Shown here in pieces: positions 12,243 to 25,547 of a stretch of DNA of 64,000 nt. The position numbers were made by a program, and so were the translations under genes. Numbering within the stretch: position 1 is the stretch's first letter; each line of letters starts with the position of its first letter. Under the pieces are notes generated by a model. That model was not told the DNA's origin. It searched no databases and saw only the letters and a list, made by a program, of their open reading frames with translations. This DNA comes from Lama glama (taxonomy: Eukaryota), in contig CM052817.1 of the NCBI GenBank assembly GCA_028534125.1, positions 22,012,001 to 22,076,000 of the forward strand. Direction: 5' to 3'.

Positions 12243-13175
12243 TGTAATGGATTGAATTAATAACCTCAATTTTTCAAACCTCTCTGTATCCAGCCCTTTT
12301 CCATGCAATGTTACAATCCCTATTCACTGTGAACAGTGCTTTACTTTCCTAACAATTTGAATCTAAGTTCAATAATGTTATCTATTACATTAGTTTTATA
12401 GGGCTGCACACCCACACACAAAATAGCCACAAACTTGGTGGCTTAAAACAACAGAAATTTATTCTCTCAAGTTCTGGATGCCAGAGATCCAAAATCAAGG
12501 TTTCATCAGGGTTATACTGCCTCCAGAGTCTCTGGGAAGAACCCTTCCTTGACTCTTCCACAGTTGGAAGAGGCTAGAGGCATTTCTTGACTTGCTGTTG
12601 CCTAATTCCAGTATCTGCCTCTGTCTTCCCATGGTTTTCTCTTCTATTTCTGTGTATATCCCTCTTCTCTCTGTTATCAGTACCCTTGTAGCTAGATTTT
12701 GGGTCCACCACAATAATCCAGGATGATCTCATCTTGAGTTTGTTAATTACATCTGCAAGATGCTTTTTTCAAATAAGCTCAAATAGGCTTCAAATAAGGT
12801 TCTGGGAAGTGGATGTATCTTTTTAGGGGCCACTCTTCAACCTACTACATCTTCTTTGACCAATGAGAGGCTTCGCAAACACGATGTGACACAGCACTAG
12901 TGAGATCGGGCTTCCTCTCTTGAACTTCTCTCGTCTCCATAAAAAGTTTGTACTTGAGCTAGCCACCAGATCACAGGACAAGGCAAACATGGTGCTCCAG
13001 ATATGGTATCCCTGCCAAACCCAGACTAGAACTAAACCCTCAGCTTATTTGGAGATGTAGGATAGAGTCCAACCAGGCCAACCAATAGCATCTAAACTAC
13101 ACAAATAAGTGAGAAACAAGTATTTATTATTATATACCACTGTAGGTCTGTGGTTGCTTGTTAGGTAACAACTAA
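12243..13175 (+). mobile_element. Old MLT1 (G/H-like) LTR split by a younger MLT1
   Basis: Starts tgtaatggattgaatta, resumes at about 12851 with tttgaccaatgag, ends ggttgcttgttaggtaacaactaa. Confidence 0.6.
12386..12849 (-). mobile_element. MLT1C-like LTR
   Basis: acaaacttggtggcttaaaacaacagaaatttattctctca...ggccactcttcaacctactaca. Confidence 0.85.
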
Positions 13176-13399
13176 GTAATTCTATGTGTGTGTGTGTGTA
13201 TGTATGTGTGTATGTATGTATATGAGTATGTACATATTTCCTTTTTAGTTTGTTTAGGATTCATTTCCTGCTAGATGTTCCTCTAATCTCCCCTAACTTC
13301 AGGAACAAAAGTTTTCACTTCTAACTCTCGCATTTTCTTTGAGCAAAACTTCCTCCCAGAAAAGTTATCTGCCACAATTAATTCATGCTAATATGAAAA

Positions 13400-13610
13400 T
13401 TTAAGTCATTTAAACTTGTCTCAAGGTTATTTAATTTATCGTTAATGAGATAATAGCTATGAGACACGTAACTATTCAACCCACAAGAAAACAGGCAGAG
13501 ATGATTGAGGTAAGTTGCCTAGAGTACACACACAGTCAGTAAGCAGTGCAGCTTTGTTCGATCCAGACAACCTAAGCCCCAGGGACTCTGTTCTTAGCCT
13601 ACACTCACTG
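13400..13610 (-). mobile_element. MIR SINE
   Basis: gaaaacaggcagagatgattgaggtaagttgcctagag core-like segment. Confidence 0.55.
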
Positions 13611-14224
13611 CCATGATTATACAATAAAACTCTGCTCCTTTACTCACCGTTGTAAAGTATTATGACAGAGGGCAGATGGAGAAAGACTGTTTTGGGAAGG
13701 GATTCCTGAAATGCAGAATTTGAAACCACTTTTATAAGACCTCTGGGAAAGATGGAGGCCTATATTTCTGCTATGGTTCTTGACTCTGTCCAGGCCAACC
13801 CTAAAAATACTAATGCAAGAATTTGCCTTTCATTATTAGCCTTATGCCCCATGATTTCCTGCTGAATATTCTTAGAATTCAAAACCCTTTTTAAAAATTT
13901 TATAATCCATTTTATGTTCACTAAGCATTCAGTTATATATTAGCTTTAGATTTCCTCACCACAGGGTTGTTGGTATGGTGTAAATATTGCCTAATCTTGC
14001 CTTACAGAGTGCATAGTATGTCACTGGCATTTATTGATTTTTCCATTTGCTTAGGCTCACAATACATATTAATATAAATTAAACAGTAATGCACAATCCA
14101 CATTCTTTGTAACACATGTAGTATAGAATTTTAATAAAGAGATTAAAATTTTAATATTCAAAATATGGATTATATATTCCAGGGAGGAGTAGAATAATTC
14201 TAGTGTGTTATGGCAAATTATGTA

Positions 14225-14400
14225 ATATAAGGATAAAAGGAGAGACCTTGGACATGGACTGAATTGTTTTCCAATATTAGCTCCACTGTTTACTAGTTAT
14301 AGGACCTTGAGTGTGTTATTTAACTTATTTTAACTATAGTCTTTTTTCTTGTATAATACATACATAATTCATATTAATGGTGATGGATATAAATTATTTT
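14225..14400 (+). mobile_element. MIR SINE
   Basis: agctccactgtttactagttataggaccttgagtgtgttatttaac core. Confidence 0.6.
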
Positions 14401-14825
14401 AATCACCTTAAAAAAAGATTTACTGTTATAACAAAATTTCTTTCATATAATTTGTCTCTTTTTCCTCCAAAATAACTGCCATATTTACTGTTGGTCTCTT
14501 GGTGGCTGTGATACAATGATGCTTCTACTGCCGTCCTTATATTAAACTAGGAGTAAAGTTAAAAGGCTATTGATGTTGGTATTATCTTTATGATCCTACC
14601 ATATGAGATGAAAGACCAGCTCTTACCTCTTCAAGACTTTTTCTAGATGGGGTTAGTCTTCAGTCTCACATCTATTATAACACATCTTGGTTGTATTTTA
14701 TTTTTGTGTGTGTGATTCCCCTATAAAATTGAAAAAAAATTTTTTAAATATCCATGGGCTAGGAAGTACTTATATATAATAAGGATTCTGTTAGGAAACA
14801 AAATTATAGTCAGATTTTTTTAACT

Positions 14826-15250
14826 CAGCAGTTCCAAAGTTTATCTCTAAGGACCCCCTTGACATATGTAAAAAAAATAAATACTTCATATACATTAAAG
14901 TACATGCTTCACATGCTTTAAAAAGTTGAGGACTACAAAAAATTTTTCTTTATATGGGTTAAATCTGTCACTATTTAATATATTAAAATTGAAATTAATT
15001 ATTTAAATATTTATTGAGTCATTTGAAATGAATAATAACAGACTTGTTACATGTTATACATTTTTATGAAAAAAATTCTCAGAAATAAAATACAAGTTGG
15101 AAAGAATTGTATAATTTCCTATTTTTGTGAATCTCCTTAATGTCTTAATTAATTGAAGGCATATATGCCTTCTCATATATGCTTCTGCATTCAATCTGTT
15201 GCAATATTTTGTTGGACTGAAATATTTGAAAAAAATTCAGCCTTGCATAA
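14826..15250 (-). mobile_element. Charlie1-family hAT DNA transposon end fragment
   Basis: cagcagttccaaagtt...aggaccccctt and tctcatatatgcttctgcattcaatctgttgcaatat match the recalled Charlie1 terminus. Confidence 0.8.
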
Positions 15251-15443
15251 AATGATAATTTATGTCATTCCATAGTTGCCTTATTCTCTGGCAGCATTTT
15301 GGCTTATTCAGGTTCTTTATTTCAAGGGATAACATATCTTCATTTCCACAGGATTCACGTGTTACTGGCCCTCTCTTTATTGAATCACTTCTCCATGTTC
15401 CCACTGTGTAGCAGCAATCTAATTTCCCCTTGGTAGTCAAGAC

Positions 15444-15689
15444 TGTCATGGGTTGAATGTGTGGGGCCCATGTAAGTGGATGAAAAACTAGAGCTCCCTC
15501 TCTGCCATATGGGGATGCAGCAAAAAGGTGGCTGTCTGTAAATGAAGATGAGAGCCCTTACCAAGAACCCAGCCATGCTGGCACCCTGAGTTCAGAAGTC
15601 TAAGCCTCCAAATATGTGAGAGATAAATGTTTGCTATTTAATCCACACAGTCCCTGGTGCTGTTACAGCAGCCCAAGCTGACTGAGACA
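15444..15689 (+). mobile_element. MLT1A/B-like LTR (internally deleted) nested in the ERVL
   Basis: tgtcatgggttgaatgtgt...ccatgctggcaccctg...cagcagcccaagctgactgagaca. Confidence 0.8.
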
Positions 15690-18600
15690 AAAATCAATCA
15701 CTTTTGCCCTTTTTGCATTTTTGACCCATGAGAAGCCCACTGTGTCCCGGGGGCAGTTTCAGCAATCAGTTTAATGAAATTATGGCAGTATTCTCTAATA
15801 GAAGCTTTTCTCCCTTGGGATGTAGGACCTCTTAACTCGCTAAGTTCTAGGGCGGAAGACCAAACAACATCATCTATCTATAAAAATATACATAAACATA
15901 AATAGAAATAAATATGTAGTATAATTGAGGCCACTCCTATCTTCACTTCGTAGCACCTGTTCTCCTCAATCCTGTCTAAGGAATAAGTGCCATGTATTGA
16001 TCGCTACCTTAAGATATAGACCACATTCTGTTGTATAGCACCCCACTCTCAAAATGATGTCTCCCAACTAGTGCCATAACTGAGCTTTCAATAGGCCACT
16101 CCACCCTCCTATCAGGTTGGCTGCTTCTGTATGTGAAGTACCTGGTAAGACCAGTCACGTGGATATGGGCCCATTACCTCAACAGTATGGTAAAATGAGT
16201 TCCCTTATCAAAAGCAATGTTGTATAGGATTACAGAGTAATGAATGAAACAGTCTACAAATGGTTATACTAGCAAAGTTGTTTAAGGCATGTAAAGAAAA
16301 CTATATTTGGATTAGTTATGCTCAAGAGGATGAATGGCTCCCTCTTCAATGAATAAAGAAGTGCAATGTAATCATTTTTTGTCAAGTGATTAGCAGCTCT
16401 ACCTGAGTAGTGGTACAAGATCAGAATCTCAGTATTGCTGTCTGCTATTTGCAAGTTTTGCACTCAGCAAGAGTGGTAGTCAGACCAGTCTTGGTTAGGT
16501 AAAATACAACTTGTTGAAATATGGTTACCTTCTAACTCTGTTGCTATAACCACTTTAAACATGGGCTAATTGAGCAAACACTAGGGTAAAGAAGGTTGGT
16601 ATACAGAGAATTATTCATCTTGTGTAATCAGTTGTAAGAGTGGAAGACCTCAGTTGTTGACTGTTCCAATAAATCATATATCTACATTTTTTCCAGACTT
16701 CACTGTAACCAATCTGTTAATTTTATTCTAAATAAGTCATTGAGGAGTGGCTACAGAATCTGTTAACTGTTACCCGTGAGGTAGTATCAATCTATTCCCT
16801 AGGCCATCTTTTCTTCCAATGAAAGTGATAAGATGTCCTGTGTTTAAGTTTTGCCCTGTGGGAAAATTTTTCTTCACTACTGTCATTCAGTAAACCATGC
16901 AGAAACATCTGAAACTCGATGTTTATTTTTTCCCCCTTTTTTGTTAAAAGAAAGAAACCACAAGTGTGGATTTAGAAAAAGATTATAAAATATCAGGACA
17001 ATTACTGTAATAGTCAGAGGTGCCCAGTTATGAAACTTCATTTTGCCTTTTTGACTTGCTTAAGCCTGGTGTCATATAAAACTGCTTTCTTTTACTAATA
17101 GAATCCTGTAGCATACACCCAATTTAATGATTGGATGCACCATATGTGATGGGCAGTGTAAGTATCAATGTACTTGGTGTCCTAGCTTAAGCATTGAATT
17201 TCTACCACAGCACAATTATAAGTCCTGAACTGCTCTGGATAAAGATAGTTATTGGCAGAAAAGGACATGGCTTTGCTCCAACATTCTACAGATGCGTACT
17301 GTGATTCTCCCAGTGGGGCTTCAGAACTGCTCTGCACAATATCCTTATTTGCCATAGATGGTTCAAGCACCATATTGTCTGCTTTACATGCAAGGGCAGA
17401 ACAGCTTGCATCACAGACTGAACCTGCTGCAGAGCCTTTTCTTCCCCCATCAGTAATCAAAACTGGTATCCTTATGAATTACCTAGTAGGTAAGTCAGAG
17501 AATCTCATCTAAATGTGTTATATGTTACAAACAAATCCAAAGGTGCCCACCAAGCTTCTTTATTTGTGATGGATAGAGCAAAGTAGAACAATTTCTTTAA
17601 TTTAGAAGGGATAGAATAATGTGAGAGACCACTGGACTAGAAAATTTAACAGTAATACTTTTATCTAGAATTGTATGGAATAATTGCCCATTCTCCAAAA
17701 TTCATGTGTCTTATTAAGATATCTGGTGTACTTGCTTCTCCTGTTTATAGGGGTATCAAGGTAACTGAGGTCTCTGCAGATTATATTATAAGAAAGAGCA
17801 GGAGACTTGGCGTAGCTTTGAAAAAAGGTGTCCATCTGTGTCTGGCGAAGAACTGTTTTCAGTGTTTCTTACTAAATAAAACAAGTAAGCAAAAAGAATT
17901 TCCCAGATTAGTTGCTTTATGACAGCCTTATATAGGGAATGTGCAATTTTTTTCAGTAAAATTTTAGTATCGTGACCTTCAGTGATGGGTACTACTATCT
18001 TATCAAGTTTATGACAATACACAGTTACTCTCCAAGATCAATAAAACATTTTTCATCAGCCAAAGGGAAATGATTAGCTACCAACCCTGACCCTTCATGT
18101 TTTTGAAAGCAGCAGTATAATCTGCATTTTCTTACTGAATGTGGTATTGATATTGACTTACTATTTTGGTATAAAGTATAAAATGGGGACTGTTTTGATG
18201 GTTTCCGTTTGGTCTTTTCTGTCTTAACAAGGGTCAGGGAACTATTGTAGGGATCTTGCAAGTTGTTCAGTGTGTCTCTTTTAATTACACATTCAGAAAC
18301 CCATGTTCTAACTAGAGGATGGGCCACTGGACCATCTACTCTATAATTTTTATAAATTCCACTCCGAATGGTGAGTTACAGTATCTATTCACATCCAGTA
18401 TCTAATGATCTAAGGAGTTCTTTGTCTTTTCAGTTTCTCAGTGTCTAATCACTCTACAAATGGTCAAAAGTACTTCTGGGGAAAGTTTGAAGGAAATGTC
18501 AACGTACACATCTGTGGCTAAGGTTTCAGGTCTTTCTTAAAAGGTAGTCCTCTGCCTTCCTCAGTATGTTCAATATCTATGAAATGACTTAGGTCTTAAT

Positions 18601-19950
18601 TTTGTGTGAGAAACTTTGAATCTTCCTGTGGAGCCTACAGTCAGGTTTCTGCCCACCAGATATAAATTTCTCACTTTTAAGTATAAAACAGCACATTATT
18701 AGTTCCCTTTATATTTCATTCCTAGGGAGCTTGTGATCAATTATTTTCCTTCGTAGAACTCACTTGGTTCAAATAATCTGATTAAAACTAAGTCCATGAG
18801 GCTTACTAGGGTAATTACACCCACCTGTTTTCTGTCTGTTAGGCACTGCAAAATGGCCTCCACCATTCAGAGATGCCATTATTCCTATTGAAATCAGAGA
18901 GTCCAATTCCATAATATGCTTGCCCACAATAATCTTCAACTTACAGAGGCCACTCATTACAAATCTTTTCATGATGATAGCATTCCCCACAAAAACAAAA
19001 ATGTATTTCTTAATGTTTCAGGCCACTCAGATCAGTTACAACCTGCCCATCTACTAAGCTTTCAGATGCCTCCCTCTATATAATGCTTAGAAATCTAGCA
19101 TCTTAGATTCACTGACTGTAGATAACTGTTTACTCCAGGCTTCAATATGCTAAATAATTAAATTCTTAAGCACACCCACAAGTGCTTGGGCCAGCATATC
19201 AAATGCCAAATATTGGATTAAAGCCACTGTTTTGAGAAATTTGGTCCTTTTAGATTTAATACCCTTAGACGTAGTAAGATCTTGAAATTTTATTTGGTGC
19301 ATAGCCTATCTCCTCTTATAGAGACTACATTTCTTAGTCTGGAGTTTGAGTCCAGAGGCACTAACAGTGGGGGGGGGGTATTTAAGAAAAATAAACATCT
19401 CTTTGGAAGCAACTGCACCAGCTCAAGTCATTAATGGATTTTTGTAAAAGGGAATGCTAATTTCCTTAGACAGTGGAAGAAGAGCTTCTTCTGATGAGAG
19501 TAGATTTCAAAAATATTTTAAGAACAGATGCCCAATTTTGTTCGTATCTCCCAAAATGTCCCCAAACCAAGTCTTTAAATCCTGCTTATCCTCACCAGGG
19601 TCCTATTCCAAGCCTGAGAGACTTGAAATTGGAAGTTGCTCATTTAACTGGCCTTGCAAGTCTTAACCTACACAGTCTGATTTAGAGCCAAGTCGTCAGC
19701 ATGCCTTTCTTACAGAAATATAAGATTGTTTTACGTCTATCATGGAAGCTTCCCACCTGTATTTGCAATTCAGAAATACAGGCCTTTTCAATTACTATTT
19801 TCTTCTTGCCCATTCTCCAGCACCAAGATAGTCCTTCTACCTCACAGTTTTACTGTAACCATTATAATTTTCATGTTTTTCACACTTGATTGAAACACTT
19901 GATCACAAAAACCTTTGCCTTCCATTAGTACTCCAGCCTGATGTACTCAG

Positions 19951-20130
19951 CTGGAGTAAGTTTTAAAGGCTTGCAGCATATGCATTTCCACAGAGCCCTG
20001 CACTCACTAAGACTCAGCACTTGTTTTAATGCTCTGTTGTTATTGTCTTGAAATTTTTGATGAGTTTGAAACAAGGGAACCAGCATTTTTATTTTTGCAT
20101 TGAGGACTGCAAATTATGTGGCCAGTCAGC
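19951..20130 (+). mobile_element. MER45A-like hAT-Tip100 MITE nested in the ERVL leader/gag
   Basis: ttttaatgctctgttgttattgtcttgaaatt...tttgaaacaaggg...tttgcattgaggactgcaaattatgtggcc matches recalled MER45A. Confidence 0.75.
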
Positions 20131-20262
20131 CACTAGTAGTGATAATTTGGGTAAGTCTGGTGTCAGTGAATAATAGGCTATCATTGTTCTGCTTTCCCCA
20201 GCAAGTATACCATCCATGTGTTCAACTAACAGATGATCCACCTGGTTCCAGAATTCTGTCTG

Positions 20263-20660
20263 AGCCTGTGCTTCTTGGTGGTATATTTTCAATCATCTAC
20301 TCTACTTCTCAGGATTTTGTCCACTCTGATGGCTCAACTGAAAGGATTTCAATGAAAAGAATATTTACATGAGCATGAACAGACTTTAGGGAAGCAACGA
20401 AGGGGTTTGAGTTTTTTAGAAACTAGCAGTAGTGAAAAAGGTCTTTCATCAATACATTATAGTCATGGAAGGACACAGTCACTACCGTAAACACAGTTGA
20501 AACAAGCCTGAATTGGAGGAGTAATGGCCTGACTTTTCTCTCATCAGTGAAACCCAGCTCAAAGCCTGCAGAGGAATCCAGGTGATGCCATCATAGCAAT
20601 CAGACAATCAAAGCAGAGAAGGATTGAGAATGAATCTGGTGGGCCGGGGCAACAGGAAAA
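20263..20660 (-). mobile_element. ERVL 5' LTR (LTR41/LTR33-like)
   Basis: tttcaatgaaaagaatatttaca...agggaagcaacgaagggg...ctagcagtag motif. It sits next to the ERVL-type PBS-like TGGAACCAGG (minus, about 20240-20249). Confidence 0.6.
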
Positions 20661-23349
20661 AAAAAAAACCACAAAATAAAACTTTAATGCTGTCTGAAAT
20701 CCCTGTGTGCTCTAAAAATTTGGAATGTTATAGCATAGAAGGGCTATTTAGCATAGAAGAGCCACAAGAGATATAATGAAGAGAAATAATAGATTAGCAA
20801 TTACTATCAAAATAGTGATTTAATTCGGGATTTAGTATTTAATATGTTGGCCTATGCATTGGAGAGTTTGATAGTTAAAAGTCTGATTCTTTCCGATATT
20901 GAAGCCTGGAATAAACAATGACCTACAGTGAATGAAGCTAAGATCTTGTGAGTGAAAGAAGTACTTCATAAAATTTATGTAGCACTTTTTAAATTTATTA
21001 GACTGCCATATACTTACACTTTTGATAGGCATCAAAGGATCTTTTATATATATTTATATATATTTTTATATATATTTAACCTCATGTCAAAAATGTGTTT
21101 ATCCTTTTGTTGTATTCTTTTCATTAAAATATTGGTTTAATTCTATTTTGTGTTTTTTTAATTATATCTCCATATCCTTTACAAGCATATCAGTAACATA
21201 GTTGTTGAACAGTCTTAGAATTTATATTCCCTGAAGATCCTTACTTTAAATTTTCCACTAACATGTTCTAGCACTAACACGTAAGTAGTATAATGAATGC
21301 TTTTTTGTGTGATGAGAAAGAACTGGAAATATCAATTCAAACCTTGACACAAACTTTATTGGGGCAAGTGATTGAGATATCCTTCTTCTCTTTCAGCTTC
21401 CATAATTACTCTGTTGTTATTTCTTGGAAATGTGTTTATAAAAATAAGCAAAAAAAGAAGAGTCACTAAGTTTTTGTTTATTTCTGTTATTTTTTTCAAT
21501 GTGAATAGTACCATTAATGAATTATATTCATAGAATTGATTTTCGATCATTTAATCAAAGGTTGATAATCTAAAGAAAACCGCTGTTCGAGTCTTATGCA
21601 GATAGTTCTCTAAAGAGTTGAGCATATATCTAAACTAATAATACTGCTAAAGTTTATGCATTAACAAAATAAACTAGCCCCCAATGCCCTCAAACACAGA
21701 CTACAACTCTCTACAATGTAAAGTGGCAGTTATTGTTAATAAACTGAGTAATAAAATTTATACCAGGAAATATTACAAAAAAAATAGGCAGTTCCCTACT
21801 ACTTAGATTCATTAAACTGAAAGCATATAAGATAAAAGAAAAAAAGTATTGGAAATTAATTAGTGTGAAATAAAACCAACCTCATTGTGAAGTCACTTTA
21901 AAATGATTTAATTAAGAGAAAACCAAGGAACATGCACATTTATGGATCTTCATTATGTCCTGATTTTAAAAGGGGCCCTGGAGAATTTTCTGGACTCTTG
22001 TCTTCCTAGTGCTCAAGTAAGAAGCAAAGGAGAGCTTACAAAAGATCCTTAATTCTGTCAGACAATGAGAGTATCACAAAACATCACAGAAGTGCTTTCA
22101 GGGAAAGTATCATAACTAGTGCCCACCTGTCTACTCCATACGGCACTAAAGAAGTATGTCAGCAAGTGTTGACAACCAAAAATTACTACCCGCATTCTTT
22201 TAGAAAGGAAGAGAAAGTTATAAATGAGTAACTACTGTAGAAGCAAGGAGGGCAGAGGAAGAACTAACACGCCAGAAGTAAGAGATCATGGTTCTAAAGG
22301 TAAGATTTGTCTTGTGTCACAGTGCTCTGGATGAGATATTGCTGGAACAGGGATATATGGTCCTTGCTGTTGTGGACTAGTGTTTGTCCAGATAGCCTCA
22401 ACGAGTTAATATTTTGGTCAAATATCTCACATGTCATAGGTGAATATTTTTCATTTCTTCATTATTTTATTTAATAACTAATAGCTGCAGTTCTGTTCTT
22501 TGCTAAGTATTACCCTAGGTGTAGGAATAAAACAATGAAAAATTACCTAGCGTCTCTGACCTCAGAGAACATAGGTTAAGTAAAATAAAGAATATAGTTT
22601 TCTTTAGTAAATATAACAAGTTAACATCAGCCCTGAATTACTGTAAATTATGTCAGGTATAATAAGGAATTGTTCATATTCAATGATAACTCGAAAAAGT
22701 TGATGTAGATATTTTTCCTGCTGTAAGAATCAAGGCAGTATTCCTGGCTTCTTTCTTTTCTAAAATTTGATCCAGTTGTCTCCAGCTGATTTATACCACT
22801 TTGCTTTTATTATTGACTTTGGCAGTTTGTTACTTATTTCAACAACCCTTTTTTGTAATGAAATTTTTAAAATCATTTATAGGCTATGCTTGTACTTAAT
22901 TTCAAGGCATGAACTTGTGTTTTTAAATGGGTGACTCCTTCAAGCAGCAGATCTGTTTTTTCTCTTCTTCAGATTTTTTTGCATTTCTGCAAGATCTCAC
23001 ATATTGACCTCCTTTTTTTCTAAGACGTTGGAGGCTTTCAAAGAGTGAAGCTTAAGCACGCAATTAAGAGCAATGAAGCACAAAATTGCTCATGCAAGAA
23101 ATATCATCATTTTCCTTGTGCATCTGAAAATAAGGGATTTATGCTGTCCAATCATGAGCTAACCAGTAGGATGAGGGCACAGGAGCATGTGCAACCTACT
23201 ATTACATTTTAACAAATTCAGCGGACAGTTTGGTACTCACAATTACAAACTGATAAACACCCACTTGCTGATATGCCTTTTTCCTTGCTGCACACGCTCT
23301 GATTTGTTTTGTACGATGTGGTTTTGGCCCTTTGTCTATCCATATTCTA

Positions 23350-23590
23350 TGTGTCACAAAGCTTTGTCAAGGGAGATTAATAATACTTTATTACAGATGT
23401 TTAGGTTTTCGAAGGTCCAGTTAAAGACAGAGGGCTACAAAGAAAAGAAGTGGGCAAGAAGCCAGTAAATCATGTTCACTTCCTAGTCTCCTGCAATCTG
23501 TTTGAGATCTGCTGGATTCAATAGCTAAACTGGAGTAGAGCCCAGTCTAGACTCTGGTCCACTAGACCAGGATATTTTCCGCATTAAACA
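23350..23590 (-). mobile_element. MIR SINE (degenerate)
   Basis: actttattacagatg...ccagtctagactctgg. Confidence 0.4.
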
Positions 23591-25547
23591 GCTGCATCCT
23601 AAATTGCTATTCACTGAAACAGGCAATTGAATATATTTTCATCCTCCATACCCAACCTTTTCTGTACAGTTTTGTTCTTAGAAGCTTATTGCCACAATTA
23701 TGGAATATCAGTGTTCACCTTTTGTCCTCTCTGCTTTCAAAAACTTCATTCTGGTTCACAGCCAGTTCTATTCCTGACTCCTCCGTAGTTTCTTCTCATG
23801 GATTCCACATTTTCTTTTTTCAGTCTTATAACAAATGTGGAATTATGTTCACCATATTTTTCTCAGCCACAAGGAGACAATTACTGTACTATCTTTCCAT
23901 TATTAGAGAAGAGATGCTATAGAGTAAAAGGAGCACTGGATAAAAGGAGTTTAAAAATTCAGAAAATTGTTTTGGCCTCCATTATTAAATTTCTATCACT
24001 TTAAGCAATTATTTTTTCCATCTCTTTAAATATAATTAAGAGAATAATCATAACTCCTTTAGTCATCAAAAAATAATTGATAGAATTTATTCAATTTGAA
24101 TAGATACTAAAAGTCAGCTATATAAAGTCTTGTGAACATAGTAAATCAATAAAAGGTTATTCATTTTTATGAAGGTAATGCACATGATTAGTCAGTTTGA
24201 ATTGATTAGTGTAATATTGATAAAATTCCTTTTCCCTCCCTTTGTTTGCATTGTTTCCACACTGTTATCATTGATCCTTCCTCTTCCCCTCCAGCCCAAC
24301 AAATCTTGCAAGGTCTGTTTCAAATTTCACCTCTTCCATAGAGCTGTCTGAAGAATTCCAATTAATCTTGACCTTTTCTAAAGCGGACAGTCAGTAAAAC
24401 TTAATAATACATATTGGTTAATTTTCTAAAATAATTTATCATTTAAAATGCACTTTATTGACCATTTCAGTATACTGTTTTGAAATAGTTTTTTTAACTG
24501 AAAAATTGTATAGTTGAAAGAGCAGTGCTAGTCTTGAGATGAAAGTTTCTTTCCAGATAGGCCAGAAGAACCTTGACCATCTTGGGTAATACCAGTTATT
24601 CACTTAAATTATTAACAGGTCTTATTTCATTCACAGAAGGATCTGGATGAAAATGTATGTCCATAGCATTTCATATATGACTTATAGTGAAGTGAGTTAA
24701 TGTCACACAGTGATTACAGCATCAATGGGGAACAGCCACCATTAGTCACTGCATATTTGCTGTAAACTAGAACTGGACCCTGTAGTGATGGTACAAGGAC
24801 CAGTTGTTCAAGATGCTCAAGCATCTAGGTTGATAAACACAGCTCAATTCATATGAGGCTGTAAGAGCATGCACAAATAAGGGGAAAGATGTGTTTGCTT
24901 TTTTGCTTTTAAATATCCCTATATAAAAGGAATATGAAACAGCCTCTGTTAGAGTCAGTGAAGGGATGGCTGAATAGCTGCAGTGATTTTTGTAAGCATA
25001 CTCATTGGGACTAGAGTCTAAATCTCTCCTTCATTGCAAACAGTCTCTTGCATCCTCCTGTGCTCCTCACCTCATGGCTAGGGGAGTTCCAAGAAACAAA
25101 GTTATATAATCCATTTCAGGTGCATTATAGGCAATGGCTGCAAAGTCTCTTGCTAATCTGTTTATAATGTTTGTGAAGTAGCACTTTTTGTTGTCTGTCT
25201 TGATAAATCTTATTTAAAATGACTTCTAAGTGAGTGAGTACACATATGGATGGTTATTTAATATTTCTCTTTCTTCTCTTGGGTTCTGAAAATCTCAGTA
25301 TCATAGTTTCTCTGATTTTGAGTGTATTCCATGAATTATGACATTGCACTCTTCCCTTAATACATGCTCCTTATTTGGTTCTTCTTTTTTTTCCCCCTTT
25401 ATTCTAATTACTGGGTCTCTGAGACAGTATTTATAGAGAACAAGTAGCTTCAGAGGTATCGGCAAGAGTTTTGGTGGTGCAGACAGGTTGTATTTACTTT
25501 GGGAAGTCTTACCTGATCTCTCTTGGCTTTGCTTAAGTAGCTTTCTC

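Larger units (their letters stand above)
15251..20262 (-). mobile_element. ERVL (class III) provirus internal region with decayed gag-pro-pol
   Basis: Minus-strand remnants align to HERV-L proteins: gag (ELDSLISIGIMASLNGGGHFAVPNRQKTGG, 18769-18990), protease end (HPLVRTWVSECVIKRDTLNNLQDP, 18025-18327), RT start (YCHKLDKIVVPI, 17786-18022), connection region (ADNMVLEPSMANKD..APLGESQ..WSKAMSFSANNY, 17182-17460). Many stops and frameshifts. Confidence 0.9.
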
